Positions 34,125 to 44,974 are shown, counted from the first letter of the stretch. The stretch: DNA of 64,000 nt from Prochlorococcus sp. AG-424-M03 (GCA_003213275.1 QCNH01000001.1:22196-86195), one strand, 5' to 3'. Program-made: numbers and translations. The notes: a model not told the origin generated them from the sequence alone.

Positions 34125-35654
34125 CTAATTTTGATCTAATCCTTTAAAAACATTTTGAACATTATTATCTGGAACAACTCTGTGAGGAGCTCCGCTAAAT
34201 ATTTGTTCAAAATTAGAAAAGGAATCTTTTATTTCTGGGCCTCTATTTGTAATAATAAATTCTCTTATTCGTTTATCATGCCATGACCCCCGCATTTTAA
34301 AAACATTCAAAGCTCTTGCCATCTCACCTTTTATTTCTACATATTGAAGCAATAAAATTGTATCCGTTATTGTTGAGATATGAGAATCAGTTATGGAATG
34401 ACTTCCCATAAATTCTTCAGCAGTATTTGTAAAGAAGCCTGCTATCTCCTCTTGTTTTGTATAACCGGTAACTGCAATCACAAACTGTCTAAATGCATTC
34501 AAACTTACACCTCTGGCTAATGCAGATAGAGAATCAATGGCCATTCTTTTTGGTTTGAATTGATTAATTTGCGTTTTTATGATTTGCAAGTGATCTTCCA
34601 AACCAGTTGATTCAGGATATGCGCAAATAATTTTTAATAATCCATCACTTTCCATCTTTTCAAAATCTATGCCCCAACTAGTAGCATTCCTAAGTAATTG
34701 AGCCCTAGATTCTTCATATGCAAAAAGTATTGCTCTTTCATTATTGTTATAAGCATCTTCAACAAATTTTGATACCAGCATTGTCTTACCAGTACCAGTA
34801 GCTCCTGTGGCGAGGATGATGGAATCTTGAAAATATCCACCACCACACATATCATCAAGATCTTTAACTCCAGAGCTAATCCTAATATTTGAGGATCTTT
34901 GCGTTAATCTCATTGCTCCAAGAGCAAAAACACTTATACCATCCATTCCCATAGTGAATGGATATTCACCTTTCATATGTACAGTCCCTCTTAACTTCAA
35001 AACTTCTAGAGTTCTTCTTCTTTTCTCTGACTCAAGAACATTTCTTAATAAGACAACATTGTCTGATACAAATTCTTCTACTCCATATCTTGCAATTGGT
35101 CCATAATCATCAACCCTTTCTGTAGTCATAACTGTTGTTACACCTATCTCTTTTAATCTTGCTATTAGTCTAAAAATTTCTCTTCTCACAACATAAATGG
35201 CATCATACTGTTGAAAGACTGCAGTTATTGAATCTATTGCAACTCTTTTAGCTTTATATTTTCTAATTGCATAACTAATTCTCTCAATAAGACCAGATAA
35301 GTCAAAGTTACCTGCAACATCCTGACCATCAGGATCAGGAGAAGCATCCAAAATAAAAAGTTTATTTTGATCAATTAATTCTTGTAAATCCCAACCAAAA
35401 CTCGCGGCATTTCTAATAATATCTAAAGGTGACTCCTCAAATGTAATAAAGATCCCAGGCTCATCAAAATTATTAATTCCATGGTGTAAGTATTGCAAAG
35501 AGAAAACAGTCTTACCAGTTCCTGATGTGCCACTAACGAGTGTACTTCGAGAGACAGGCAATCCACCCCTACAAACATCATCAAAACCCTCTATGCCCGT
35601 AGGTAATTTTTGTACTTGCATCTTATTTGATTTGCCAATTTTCTTATTTTTCAT
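34125..35654 (-). CDS. kaiC: circadian clock ATPase KaiC
   Basis: two P-loops (GTSGTGKT, GATGTGKT) and the phosphosite context DSHISTITDT; ORF opens at 35666. Confidence 0.98.
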   Translation of the reverse strand: MKNKKIGKSNKMQVQKLPTGIEGFDDVCRGGLPVSRSTLVSGTSGTGKTVFSLQYLHHGINNFDEPGIFITFEESPLDIIRNAASFGWDLQELIDQNKLFILDASPDPDGQDVAGNFDLSGLIERISYAIRKYKAKRVAIDSITAVFQQYDAIYVVRREIFRLIARLKEIGVTTVMTTERVDDYGPIARYGVEEFVSDNVVLLRNVLESEKRRRTLEVLKLRGTVHMKGEYPFTMGMDGISVFALGAMRLTQRSSNIRISSGVKDLDDMCGGGYFQDSIILATGATGTGKTMLVSKFVEDAYNNNERAILFAYEESRAQLLRNATSWGIDFEKMESDGLLKIICAYPESTGLEDHLQIIKTQINQFKPKRMAIDSLSALARGVSLNAFRQFVIAVTGYTKQEEIAGFFTNTAEEFMGSHSITDSHISTITDTILLLQYVEIKGEMARALNVFKMRGSWHDKRIREFIITNRGPEIKDSFSNFEQIFSGAPHRVVPDNNVQNVFKGLDQN

Positions 35655-35722
35655 AGTTTTTTGCAAAAGAAACTAGATAATAAATTTTAAATTTATCTTT
35701 AAAATTTAAAAGTTTTCTATTG

Positions 35723-36040
35723 TTATTTATCTCCACTATATTCAGTTTCAGCTAATTCATCAAAAAGTAAATCTAAACCAATTAAAACTTTCTCTCTATC
35801 AGAGAGGTCACCAATTATTTTTCTAACTGGTGGAGGTAAAATTTTAGCTAATGTTGGAGTCGCCAAGATCTTATCTTCCTCTGCAAGTTGTGGTTGCTTA
35901 AGTACATCTATAACCTTCAAAGCATAAACTCCTTTAAATTCATTTTCTAAAATTTCTCTTAAAGTATTTAAAGCACGCATGGAATTAGGAGTATTTCCAG
36001 CAACATAGAGTTTTAAAATATATGTTTTTCTTGCTACCAT
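35723..36040 (-). CDS. kaiB: circadian clock protein KaiB
   Basis: [35 protein letters not shown]. Confidence 0.98.
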   Translation of the reverse strand: MVARKTYILKLYVAGNTPNSMRALNTLREILENEFKGVYALKVIDVLKQPQLAEEDKILATPTLAKILPPPVRKIIGDLSDREKVLIGLDLLFDELAETEYSGDK

Positions 36041-36124
36041 TTTTTTGTCCCCACAAATTGAAATAAAAGATTTAAAACAACCCTTGACTTATTACACTAC
36101 AAAATAAGAAAATAAACAAATCAC

Positions 36125-36169
36125 TATGATCGCTCGTTAGGCTTAATCAAATTAACAATTTGAGCCTAA
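36125..36169 (+). promoter_or_regulatory. putative -10 box and 5'-leader hairpin of rplU
   Basis: TATGAT at 36125-36130, then TTAGGC-TTAA-TCAAATT-AAC-AATTTGA-GCCTAA at 36137-36169. Confidence 0.5.
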
Positions 36170-36184
36170 TAGTGTCTTTAAGAT

Positions 36185-36625
36185 ATGACAAATTCTAAAA
36201 AATCCTCAAACAATTCTTCTAAAGTTAATGAATTGTACGCAATAGCGGAAACTTCAGGTCAACAATTTTGGTTTGAAGTTAATAAATACTATGACATAGA
36301 CAGGTTAGAGGCCAAAGAGAAAGATAAGATAACACTAGAAAAAGTTTTACTTTTAAAGGACAAAGACTCAATTACTATTGGTAAACCTTATGTTAAAGAT
36401 GCAAAAATCGAATTAGAAGTAGTTTCACATAAAAGAGATAAGAAAATCATTGTATACAAGATGCGTCCTAAGAAAAAGACAAGAAGAAAAATGGGTCACA
36501 GACAAGAACTCACAAGAGTTATGGTAAAATCTATATCATTAGGTAAAAGTGCTCCTAAGTCTTCTTCTAAAAAAGAAACTGTTAAAAAGGAAACTAAGCC
36601 AAAATCTGAAAAATCAAAAAATTAA
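36185..36625 (+). CDS. rplU: 50S ribosomal protein L21
   Basis: YAIAETSGQQF, KIIVYKMRPKK..R..GHRQ; Lys-rich tail. Confidence 0.97.
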   Translation: MTNSKKSSNNSSKVNELYAIAETSGQQFWFEVNKYYDIDRLEAKEKDKITLEKVLLLKDKDSITIGKPYVKDAKIELEVVSHKRDKKIIVYKMRPKKKTRRKMGHRQELTRVMVKSISLGKSAPKSSSKKETVKKETKPKSEKSKN

Positions 36626-36634
36626 AAATTTCTA

Positions 36635-36895
36635 ATGGCACATAAAAAAGGAACAGGTTCAACAAGAAACGGTCGAGATTCAAATTCCAAAAGACTAGGC
36701 GTAAAAGCTTATGGTGGAGAGAAAGTAACTGCTGGAGCAATTCTAATTCGCCAAAGAGGTACATCCTTTTTGCCTGGAACTAATGTTGGCAAGGGCAAAG
36801 ATGACACTCTTTTTGCACTCACAGAAGGAACTGTCAGTTTCGAAAGCATTAAAAGAAATTTAAGAAATAGGAAAAGAATTAATATAGTCAACTAA
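36635..36895 (+). CDS. rpmA: 50S ribosomal protein L27
   Basis: [24 protein letters not shown]. Confidence 0.99.
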   Translation: MAHKKGTGSTRNGRDSNSKRLGVKAYGGEKVTAGAILIRQRGTSFLPGTNVGKGKDDTLFALTEGTVSFESIKRNLRNRKRINIVN

Positions 36896-37655
36896 TTTTC
36901 TTGTAGGCTCTTGTAGTTATAAGAATAGGATGAAAAACTTCTAAGAACATTGATTGAAGTGTCTTAAAAAACTTTTCAACAACTTTAACATCGTCGATAT
37001 GGAATGGGTATTCATTTTTTTCTCCCTTATAGAAATACCAATTAAATAAAGCAATAGAATCAGAATCCATAATCTCATTGAAAACCTCTATTTGAGAAGA
37101 TGGATCGGAAAGATGTTCCAAAACATCAAGACAAATTATCGTATCAAATTTCGATATTTGTACTTCTTTAATTGTTTTGCAAAAAGAAAGTTTTTTTTCA
37201 ACTCCTAATTTTTTAGCTCTGAATTCAACAAACTTTCTATTTGTTTGATTAATATCTACAAAAAAAACATGCTCAACTTTTGAAGACATGGCATTAGCTA
37301 AAGCATGCGTTCCAATCCCTCCTCCAAAATCTAAAACAAGATCTCTAGAGAATCTTTGCTGAAGTTTTAAAGTATCAGCGATGTAATCCTTACTTGTAAT
37401 ATGCCATGCAGCTAAATCTGCCACATGTCTATCCCCAACCATCTCAGTATAAAAATCTGAAACATCATTGAGATCATCTCCAGGATGTAAATTTGCCAAA
37501 TTCATCTTTGCATTTGCAAGGAATCCATCTAAATCACATTCTTTAATAGATAAGAATTCCATTAAATGTGATTTCAAATTAAAAGCATTATCTAAAAACT
37601 CTTTTAATATAAAACTATTGTTTTTCAATTTTTTCCTTATAAATTTCCAATACAA
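36888..37655 (-). CDS. class I SAM-dependent methyltransferase
   Basis: VLDFGGGIG motif [14 protein letters not shown]; true start may be a downstream TTG near 37628. Confidence 0.85.
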   Translation of the reverse strand: MYWKFIRKKLKNNSFILKEFLDNAFNLKSHLMEFLSIKECDLDGFLANAKMNLANLHPGDDLNDVSDFYTEMVGDRHVADLAAWHITSKDYIADTLKLQQRFSRDLVLDFGGGIGTHALANAMSSKVEHVFFVDINQTNRKFVEFRAKKLGVEKKLSFCKTIKEVQISKFDTIICLDVLEHLSDPSSQIEVFNEIMDSDSIALFNWYFYKGEKNEYPFHIDDVKVVEKFFKTLQSMFLEVFHPILITTRAYKKIS

Positions 37656-37705
37656 AAATCATAGGATGATGATAAATCTTTATCAAAGTATTCTTAATAT
37701 TAAAA

Positions 37706-38623
37706 ATGGAAAATAAAGATGGATTCTTAGTAATTAATAAAGATAAAGGATGTACTTCTCATGATTGTGTTAAACAAATAAGAAAGTTACTACATACAAA
37801 AAAAGTTGGGCACACAGGAACTCTTGATCCAGAAGTTACAGGTACATTACCAATTGCAATAGGCACTGCAACAAGATTCATTCAATATCTACCTCAAGGG
37901 AAAACTTACATAGGACAAATTAAATTAGGGATAAGTACTAAAACTGATGATATTCACGGAGAAATAATTAATCAAAAGGATTGGCCTAAAATCAGTGATG
38001 AGAAATTAGATCAATATTTGAATAATTTTAGAGGAAAAATTAAACAAATTCCCCCAAAGATATCTAGTGTGCACGTCAATGGTGAGCGAGCTTATCAAAA
38101 ATCTTTTAAGAATGAAAATTTTGAATTAGCACCAAGAGAAGTAAAAATTGACGAACTTATTTTAATGAAATGGGACCAAATGAACGGAATCATAGACATA
38201 AAAATAAAATGTTCCTCTGGTACTTATATAAGATCAATTGCGAGAGATTTGGGTAAAATCCTCAGTACCGAAGGCTGCCTTTTACAACTAAAAAGAATTG
38301 CAGCTTGTGGATTTAATGAAAGGAATTCTGTAAAAATTTCAGATATCGAGAAAGATAAAGAAAATAAAGCAAATTTTATTATTCCAACAATTTCTGCCCT
38401 TGATCATATTTCAACATTAGTTTTAAGTAACGAAGAAGAAATCAACTTTTGGCAAACTGGAAGAGCAGTTAAGATAGATATTATTTACTTAAAAAAAAGT
38501 AATTCTTTTGATTATAAAAAACCGATAAAAGTAATAAACAAGAAAAAAGATCTTCTTGGGATTGGTTTTTTAAATCAAGAGCAAACTAATATAAATCCAA
38601 AATTGGTCCTTAATGCAAGATGA
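37706..38623 (+). CDS. truB: tRNA pseudouridine(55) synthase
   Basis: [24 protein letters not shown]. Confidence 0.96.
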   Translation: MENKDGFLVINKDKGCTSHDCVKQIRKLLHTKKVGHTGTLDPEVTGTLPIAIGTATRFIQYLPQGKTYIGQIKLGISTKTDDIHGEIINQKDWPKISDEKLDQYLNNFRGKIKQIPPKISSVHVNGERAYQKSFKNENFELAPREVKIDELILMKWDQMNGIIDIKIKCSSGTYIRSIARDLGKILSTEGCLLQLKRIAACGFNERNSVKISDIEKDKENKANFIIPTISALDHISTLVLSNEEEINFWQTGRAVKIDIIYLKKSNSFDYKKPIKVINKKKDLLGIGFLNQEQTNINPKLVLNAR

Positions 38624-38626
38624 TTT

Positions 38627-39802
38627 TTATAAGTAATCTTTTTTAAAAGGTTTAATTTTAACACCTCTATAAAAATACTTTAATATTTTTTCAGCTTTTT
38701 GGCCTCTAGAAGCCATATATTTTGCACCCCATTGACTCATTCCTACTCCGTGTCCAGATCCCTGTCCAAAAACTATTAAACTTTTTTTTACGGGAGATTT
38801 TTTATTTAGTTCGTCTCCAATAAATTTAAATCTCATTAAATTACTATTTAAGTCTAATTTTTTTCTTAGATCAACCCCTGACAATTGATCGGATCCATAA
38901 GCCCCAACAAGTCTTACATTTTTCACCCTCCCAGTACTAGTTATATTTAGAATCTCTATATTATTTATGCCTCCAATCTTTGGGAACAAATTTATTAATT
39001 CTTTATTTGAAAATTTTTTTTGCCATTTAAATTTTGGATTCTTTTTATCAAAATCTTTAACACTTGATAAATACGGATATTGATTCTTCCATACATCTTG
39101 ACTATTTTCTGTCATTCCACCTGAGCTACTATGAAACAAAGCATTAATTAATTTATTTTTATATGTCAAAACTAAAGATCTTGTCTTTCTAACAGCTCTT
39201 GTAGTTTTATAAGTTCTTGACTCCAAGCCATTATATACTTGATTTTTCTGCGTCGAATCTATATCAAAAAGATTATTGCCCTTTTGCTTTAAAGCATAAG
39301 TTCTAGAAGCAATTGCTTGTGCTTTCAATGCCTCAATGGGCCATTTTGTAGGCATCTCTGAACCCACCACACTACTTAGGTATTTTTCAATCCCTAAAAC
39401 ATTCACGACTAATATTTCAGAATCAAGCACATAAAGATTGAGTTTACCTGAAAATCTTTTTTGACCTACCCAGATACCTCTTCCATCTGGAGTTTTAACT
39501 TGAAATTGTTGATAACTTTTTAAGTCGTATTTTTTTTGTTTATTCTTATCAAAATATAAAATCTTTCTATTTTTCTCATTTTTCAAAGTTAACCCTTTTA
39601 TTTTTTTATTTGAGAAAAATTTCCCCTCTATGGTTAAAGGAATTGATTTATCTGATCTAATCCTGATATTGTTATTTTTTGATATCAAAACTCTAATTAT
39701 TGGCTCCTTTGAGGCAAAAACAGTTTCACTCTGAAAAACAAAAAAAAATAAACTACAAATAAGAAAACGTCTACTATAATTTTTTTTTAATTTAAGTATC
39801 AC
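38627..39802 (-). CDS. SpoIID/LytB domain protein (lytic transglycosylase-like)
   Basis: YLSSVVGSEMP, EALKAQAIASRTY, GHGVGMSQWGA. Confidence 0.93.
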   Translation of the reverse strand: MILKLKKNYSRRFLICSLFFFVFQSETVFASKEPIIRVLISKNNNIRIRSDKSIPLTIEGKFFSNKKIKGLTLKNEKNRKILYFDKNKQKKYDLKSYQQFQVKTPDGRGIWVGQKRFSGKLNLYVLDSEILVVNVLGIEKYLSSVVGSEMPTKWPIEALKAQAIASRTYALKQKGNNLFDIDSTQKNQVYNGLESRTYKTTRAVRKTRSLVLTYKNKLINALFHSSSGGMTENSQDVWKNQYPYLSSVKDFDKKNPKFKWQKKFSNKELINLFPKIGGINNIEILNITSTGRVKNVRLVGAYGSDQLSGVDLRKKLDLNSNLMRFKFIGDELNKKSPVKKSLIVFGQGSGHGVGMSQWGAKYMASRGQKAEKILKYFYRGVKIKPFKKDYL

Positions 39803-39890
39803 TTTGTTTAAAAAACAAATTCTTAATTTGCCTAAGTTTGACTAAAAGTCTAGATTTAAGCCAGATATCAAAATAAAAATATCATAAAAA

Positions 39891-40829
39891 GTGAATATCA
39901 CCTTCTTAGGAACTAGTTCAGGAGTGCCTTCCTTATCAAGAAATGTTTCTTCCTTAGCTCTTAAATTATCACAATCTTCAGAAGTTTGGCTTTTTGACTG
40001 TGGAGAGGGAACTCAGCATCAAATAATGAAAAGTAATATTAAATCTTCGCAAATTAAGAAGATATTTATTACACATATGCATGGAGATCATATTTATGGT
40101 TTGCCTGGCCTTTTAGCGACCTTAGGTTTATCAGGTAATAGTAACGGCATTGAAATATATGGTCCTTCACAGCTGAGAGGTTTTATAAATTCTGCTCTGA
40201 GTAACAGTTTTTGCAAATTATCATTTCCATTACATTTCATTGAAGTTGAAAATTTTGCATCAGAAAAAAAATTTTTATTTGAAAACAACACAATAAAAGT
40301 AACTTGCGCGTGCCTTAAACATAAAATTCCTGCATATGGTTATAGAGTAAGCGAAAAAGACAAGCCTGGTATATTTGATATCAGAAAGGCAGAGACTTTA
40401 AAAATATCACCTGGGCCAATTTATTCTGAACTGCAAAAAGGTAAAAAAGTCGTATTAGCAGACGGAAGGTCATTTGACGGGAAAGAATTCTGCGGACCTC
40501 CTAGGAAGGGTGAAAGTTTTGTTTATTGCACAGATACTGTCTTTAGCGAATCAGCAGTTTCATTATCAAAAAATGCCGATTTACTTGTACATGAATCAAC
40601 TTTTTCTCAGGAGGATGAGAGAATGGCATATGAAAAATTACATTCCACAACAATTATGGCTGCCAAAACAGCATTATTATCTAATACAAAAAAATTAATT
40701 ATTACACATTTAAGTCCAAGATACACTAATAAAAATTCAATTACACCAAGCGATTTGCTAAAAGAGGCGCAAAAAGTTTTCCCAAATACTCACCTCGCCA
40801 AAGATTTTCTAACTGCAGAAATTAAATAA
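39891..40829 (+). CDS. rnz: ribonuclease Z
   Basis: FLGTSSGVP, FDCGEGTQ, THMHGDH, HESTF, THLSPRY. Confidence 0.97.
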   Translation: MNITFLGTSSGVPSLSRNVSSLALKLSQSSEVWLFDCGEGTQHQIMKSNIKSSQIKKIFITHMHGDHIYGLPGLLATLGLSGNSNGIEIYGPSQLRGFINSALSNSFCKLSFPLHFIEVENFASEKKFLFENNTIKVTCACLKHKIPAYGYRVSEKDKPGIFDIRKAETLKISPGPIYSELQKGKKVVLADGRSFDGKEFCGPPRKGESFVYCTDTVFSESAVSLSKNADLLVHESTFSQEDERMAYEKLHSTTIMAAKTALLSNTKKLIITHLSPRYTNKNSITPSDLLKEAQKVFPNTHLAKDFLTAEIK

Positions 40830-40915
40830 ACTGCAACAGTTCGTTAGCAGGAGCGCTGTAAATGACCAACCCATGAAATAATAGTCATAGGTTTTTCTAT
40901 TTGATGTCGATCGAA

Positions 40916-41464
40916 ATGGTTACTTTTTTTTCGTTCCTAAATAAGTCTCTGAAAAGACTTTTAATTTTTCTTCCTTTGTTTTTTGGTTTATTATTGAATC
41001 CAATTTCTGCCAATGCACTCTACCCTAGTGATCCCTCATCTGTAGACGTATTGAAAGGGGACCTACATGGTAAGGATCTTCAAAATACTGAATATGTGAA
41101 ATATGATTTATCAGGTCAGGATTTAGGTGAATCTAACCTTAAAGGTGCATATATGAGTGTAACAACTGCAAAAAATGCTAGTTTCAAAGGGGCCAACATG
41201 AGTAATGTAATAGCATATGCTGTTCGCTTTGATAATGCTGATCTTTCAGATGCGAATCTCACAAATGGTGAGTTGATGAAAAGTATTTTTGATGGTGCGA
41301 ACATAGATGGAGCAGACTTTACTGAAGCAAATCTTGATCTTTCTCAGAGAAAAGCATTATGTGAAAGAGCTAGCGGGACTAACTCCAAAACTGGTGTAGA
41401 TACTTTTGAAAGCCTTGAGTGCACAGGTTTATCAGGTTATATACCCGCAACACCTAAAGCTTAA
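40916..41464 (+). CDS. exported (probably lumenal) pentapeptide-repeat protein
   Basis: signal peptide ending in ANA; A(D/N)L/Fxx repeats; LCERASGTN...T.ESLEC Cys pair typical of lumenal Rfr proteins; ORF opens at 40901. Confidence 0.92.
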   Translation: MVTFFSFLNKSLKRLLIFLPLFFGLLLNPISANALYPSDPSSVDVLKGDLHGKDLQNTEYVKYDLSGQDLGESNLKGAYMSVTTAKNASFKGANMSNVIAYAVRFDNADLSDANLTNGELMKSIFDGANIDGADFTEANLDLSQRKALCERASGTNSKTGVDTFESLECTGLSGYIPATPKA

Positions 41465-41476
41465 GCTTTATAAATA

Positions 41477-41845
41477 CTACCTATCTTTAACTGGATAAAT
41501 ATTACCAGGTTCTTTTGAGCCTGGTTTTTTGCTGTACCACCATTCTTGTATATCAGAAGAAAATTTCCTTGAAAAAAGAGTAATAACTGTTTCAACAGGT
41601 TTTGATCCAGGCTCCAAGATCTGAACAGAATAAGAAGGACATTTTCTTGAAGCCATATCTGCTACAAATCTAGAACCTATTCTTCTCCAACTTGGCTCCT
41701 TACTCTTCCAAGCGAGCCTAGAACAAGGCCAAGGTAACTCTTCCCTGTCATATAATCTGCAACATGGCCCTATAACCTCATAGCTATACTGGCCTCCATG
41801 ACTTGATTGAACACTACCAGTTTTAAAGAATTCAAAGTTATTCAT
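41477..41845 (-). CDS. conserved cyanobacterial hypothetical protein
   Basis: GPCCRLYDREELPWPC...KEPSW; start set at ATG 41845 because the upstream GTG lies inside the petF terminator. Confidence 0.8.
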   Translation of the reverse strand: MNNFEFFKTGSVQSSHGGQYSYEVIGPCCRLYDREELPWPCSRLAWKSKEPSWRRIGSRFVADMASRKCPSYSVQILEPGSKPVETVITLFSRKFSSDIQEWWYSKKPGSKEPGNIYPVKDR

Positions 41846-41849
41846 TTTC

Positions 41850-41880
41850 AAAAAAAAAGCCACCGTATATAGAGGGTGGC
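41850..41880 (-). terminator. rho-independent terminator of petF
   Basis: minus strand GCCACC-(10 nt)-GGTGGC followed by 9 T. Confidence 0.85.
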
Positions 41881-41924
41881 AGATATATAATAAAATATCA
41901 ACTTAATTAAGTTAATTTATATAT

Positions 41925-42224
41925 TTAGTACAATTCTTCCTCAGCATGAGTTGTAATTGTTACATCAGAGGTTGGATATGCTACACAAGTAAGTACGAAA
42001 CCAGCTTCTAATTGATCATCATCTAAGAAACTCTGATCTGACTGATCAACACTTCCTGAAGTAACCTTTCCTGCGCATGTTGAACAAGCTCCCGCTCTGC
42101 ATGAATAAGGAAGATCAATACCTTGTTCCTCTGCGGCATCGAGGATATATTGGTCATCAGGCACTTCAATAGTTGAATTGAGACCTTCACTTTCACTGAT
42201 GAGTGTAACTTTGTAAGAAGCCAT
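41925..42224 (-). CDS. petF: plant-type [2Fe-2S] ferredoxin
   Basis: CRAGACSTC...LTCVAYP, C-terminal EEELY. Confidence 0.99.
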   Translation of the reverse strand: MASYKVTLISESEGLNSTIEVPDDQYILDAAEEQGIDLPYSCRAGACSTCAGKVTSGSVDQSDQSFLDDDQLEAGFVLTCVAYPTSDVTITTHAEEELY

Positions 42225-42358
42225 TTAAAAAAAAAATTGTGGGTAGTTAATACCTAATAAATACATTTTTAACATTGATTGGGTCGATATGTGAGATTTT
42301 GAAGTAAAAAATGACACAATAAAATGTATTAAAGAGTATCCATAAGAAAAACTTATAC

Positions 42359-43270
42359 TTAGGTTAGATTGCTGACTTTTTTGGCAGAAATACAAACCCA
42401 ATCTTTTCTAGATGATACATCCAATAATTTCAAGTTATTTTGAATTAATAATTTGATAATTTCATCTTTTTGTGAATTCAGAATTCCACTGAAAACGACT
42501 TCCCCATTATTTTTTAAACACTCAAAAATATTTGGTATCATTTCTTTTATTACTTCAGCAAGAATATTGCATAAAACAAAATCGAATTGTTTGAGTTTAT
42601 ATTTGTAAATTACCTCATTAAAAGATCCCAAATATGTATTTAGTTTTTTTACATTACCGAAATTTAATTGAAAATTAGAATTAGTAGAATTTATAGCTAG
42701 ATAATCATTATCAACTGCACAGACCTCTATAGCTCCTAGTAATCTTGCAGCGATGCACAAAATACCGCTACCACAACCAATATCTAATACTTTTTTATCA
42801 GAAAATAACATATTCTCCATTTTTTCTAAACATAGATAGGTCGAAGGATGACTGCCAGTTCCAAAGGCTGCTCCAGGGTCAATTTTTATGATTTGTTTAT
42901 CCTTAAATTTTTCATTCAGATTTATCCAACATGGCAATATTAAAAAACCATTTCCTACTAATTCAGGAGACCAATATTTCTTCCAGCTTGTTAACCAATC
43001 CTCTTCTTTAATAATACTCCAGACAAAAAATTGGTTCTTAGAGTCATTAATATTTAGAAGTTTGCTAATTATTTTTTCAAAATCACTTCTAGAAATCTCG
43101 TCCCATTCATTAATTGGAAGCCATATATTCACTTCTTTTTTATTTTCAGTTTTTATCAAATATTCAAATGAAAAACTAAAAATTCCTAGCTCATTTAATT
43201 TCCAAATAATAATTTCTTCTGAATCACCTTCTATCTGAAATGTTACTTTATACCAATCTTTAATTGCCAT
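42359..43270 (-). CDS. prmA: ribosomal protein L11 methyltransferase
   Basis: EEDW...[34 protein letters not shown]. Confidence 0.95.
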   Translation of the reverse strand: MAIKDWYKVTFQIEGDSEEIIIWKLNELGIFSFSFEYLIKTENKKEVNIWLPINEWDEISRSDFEKIISKLLNINDSKNQFFVWSIIKEEDWLTSWKKYWSPELVGNGFLILPCWINLNEKFKDKQIIKIDPGAAFGTGSHPSTYLCLEKMENMLFSDKKVLDIGCGSGILCIAARLLGAIEVCAVDNDYLAINSTNSNFQLNFGNVKKLNTYLGSFNEVIYKYKLKQFDFVLCNILAEVIKEMIPNIFECLKNNGEVVFSGILNSQKDEIIKLLIQNNLKLLDVSSRKDWVCISAKKVSNLT

Positions 43271-43288
43271 TTTGTAGAATAAGACTTT

Positions 43289-44875
43289 TTATAAAGTCAC
43301 TGGATTAGCGCTAGTAATTCCCTCTACTTCAATAATGGCGTCAAGTAACTTATTGGGTATTGGATCATCAATACTTAGAACCATAACAGCTTCTCCTCTA
43401 ACAATTTTGCGCCCAACTTGCATAGAGGCAATATTTACATTGTTGCTACCCAACAAAGAACCCAGCTTGCCAATAATACCAGGCATATCTCTGTGCCTAG
43501 TAACCAACATATATCTGCTTGGAGATACGTTAACTGGATATTGATCAATACTTATAATTCTTAATTCTCCATCAGCAAAAATGCTTCCTGCTACGCTATT
43601 GTCGCCATTATCTCCATAAGTAGTTAACTGAAGCGATCCACTAGCAAATTCAGGTCTTGCCTCATCTTTACTCTCAATCACTGAAATACCTCTAGATTCT
43701 GCTTCTAGAGAAGCATTCACATAATTTATTCGATCTCCCAAAGCCTTACTTATTAGACCTTTTAAACTAGCTATTATTAATGGTTGAGAAGGATGTTGAA
43801 CAAATTCACCTTGAAGCTTTACCTCTAGTTTATGAATCTTCCCCCCAGAAAGCTGGCTTATAAGCAGACCCATTGTTTCAGCCAACTGCAAATGAGGTTT
43901 TAGACTGTCCATAATATCAGGACTCAAGCCTGGTATATTTACAGCAGTTCGAGCTGGCAAGCCAAGTAGAACGTCTCTGATTTGTTCAGCAACATCAACA
44001 GCTACATTTTGTTGAGCTTCCCGAGTAGATGCTCCTAAATGAGGGGTAAGAATAAGATTCTTTTCTACTTTCAGAAGTGGTGAATCAGATTCCAGAGGTT
44101 CTTTAGAAAAAACATCTATTGCTGCTGCTGCAATCAAGGATTTATTTAAAGCTTCTGCTAATGCGTCTTCGTCAATTAAACCTCCCCGAGCACAATTAAT
44201 TAACTTTGCACTACTTTTCATACTTTTAAGCACCTCCATATTTACTAAATTCTCCGTTTCTGGTGTGCGAGGCAAATGCAAAGTTACATAATCCGATTGT
44301 TGGAATAAGTCTTCTAGTTCAGAAAGTTTAACTTGTATTTGTTGAGCTCTTTCATTTGAAACAAAGGGATCATATCCGTAAACTTCCATTCCTAATGCAT
44401 TTGCAACTTTTGCTACATGAGCACCAATTTTACCTAAACCTACGACTCCTAATTTTTTCTTGTAAAGCTCATTCCCAACAAATTTCTTTCTCTCCCAATT
44501 ACCTAACGAAGTACTACTATTAGCTAATGGAATATGTCTAGATAATGCCAACATCATTGCTAAGGTGTGTTCAGCAGCAGCTATAGTATTTCCTCCGGGA
44601 GAATTAACAACAAGAACTCCTTTTTGTGTAGCAGCTTTAACATCTACATTATCAACTCCCACTCCTGCTCTTCCAATAATTCTAAGTTTATTTGAAGAGT
44701 TAATAATTTCTTCAGTCACTTGAGTACCAGATCGTATCATTAGGGCATCATATTCTTTGATAATTGATGTTAACTCAGAGTTTGAGATCCCTATCCTCTG
44801 ATCAACCTGAGCAACTTGTGAAAGAATATCTATTCCTGTTTGATCAATTGGATCTGTAATGAGAACTTTTGTCAT
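43289..44875 (-). CDS. serA: D-3-phosphoglycerate dehydrogenase
   Basis: RAGVGVDNVD, GLGKIG, NCARGG, TPHLGAST, ASB and ACT domains. Confidence 0.97.
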   Translation of the reverse strand: MTKVLITDPIDQTGIDILSQVAQVDQRIGISNSELTSIIKEYDALMIRSGTQVTEEIINSSNKLRIIGRAGVGVDNVDVKAATQKGVLVVNSPGGNTIAAAEHTLAMMLALSRHIPLANSSTSLGNWERKKFVGNELYKKKLGVVGLGKIGAHVAKVANALGMEVYGYDPFVSNERAQQIQVKLSELEDLFQQSDYVTLHLPRTPETENLVNMEVLKSMKSSAKLINCARGGLIDEDALAEALNKSLIAAAAIDVFSKEPLESDSPLLKVEKNLILTPHLGASTREAQQNVAVDVAEQIRDVLLGLPARTAVNIPGLSPDIMDSLKPHLQLAETMGLLISQLSGGKIHKLEVKLQGEFVQHPSQPLIIASLKGLISKALGDRINYVNASLEAESRGISVIESKDEARPEFASGSLQLTTYGDNGDNSVAGSIFADGELRIISIDQYPVNVSPSRYMLVTRHRDMPGIIGKLGSLLGSNNVNIASMQVGRKIVRGEAVMVLSIDDPIPNKLLDAIIEVEGITSANPVTL

Positions 44876-44974
44876 TTAAGATTGGTTCTTTAATCTTTTA
44901 CTTTAACTTAATCTATAGTGTATGTATCTTATTTTATTAATTTGAATAACACACAAACATTTGAGGATTGAAAT

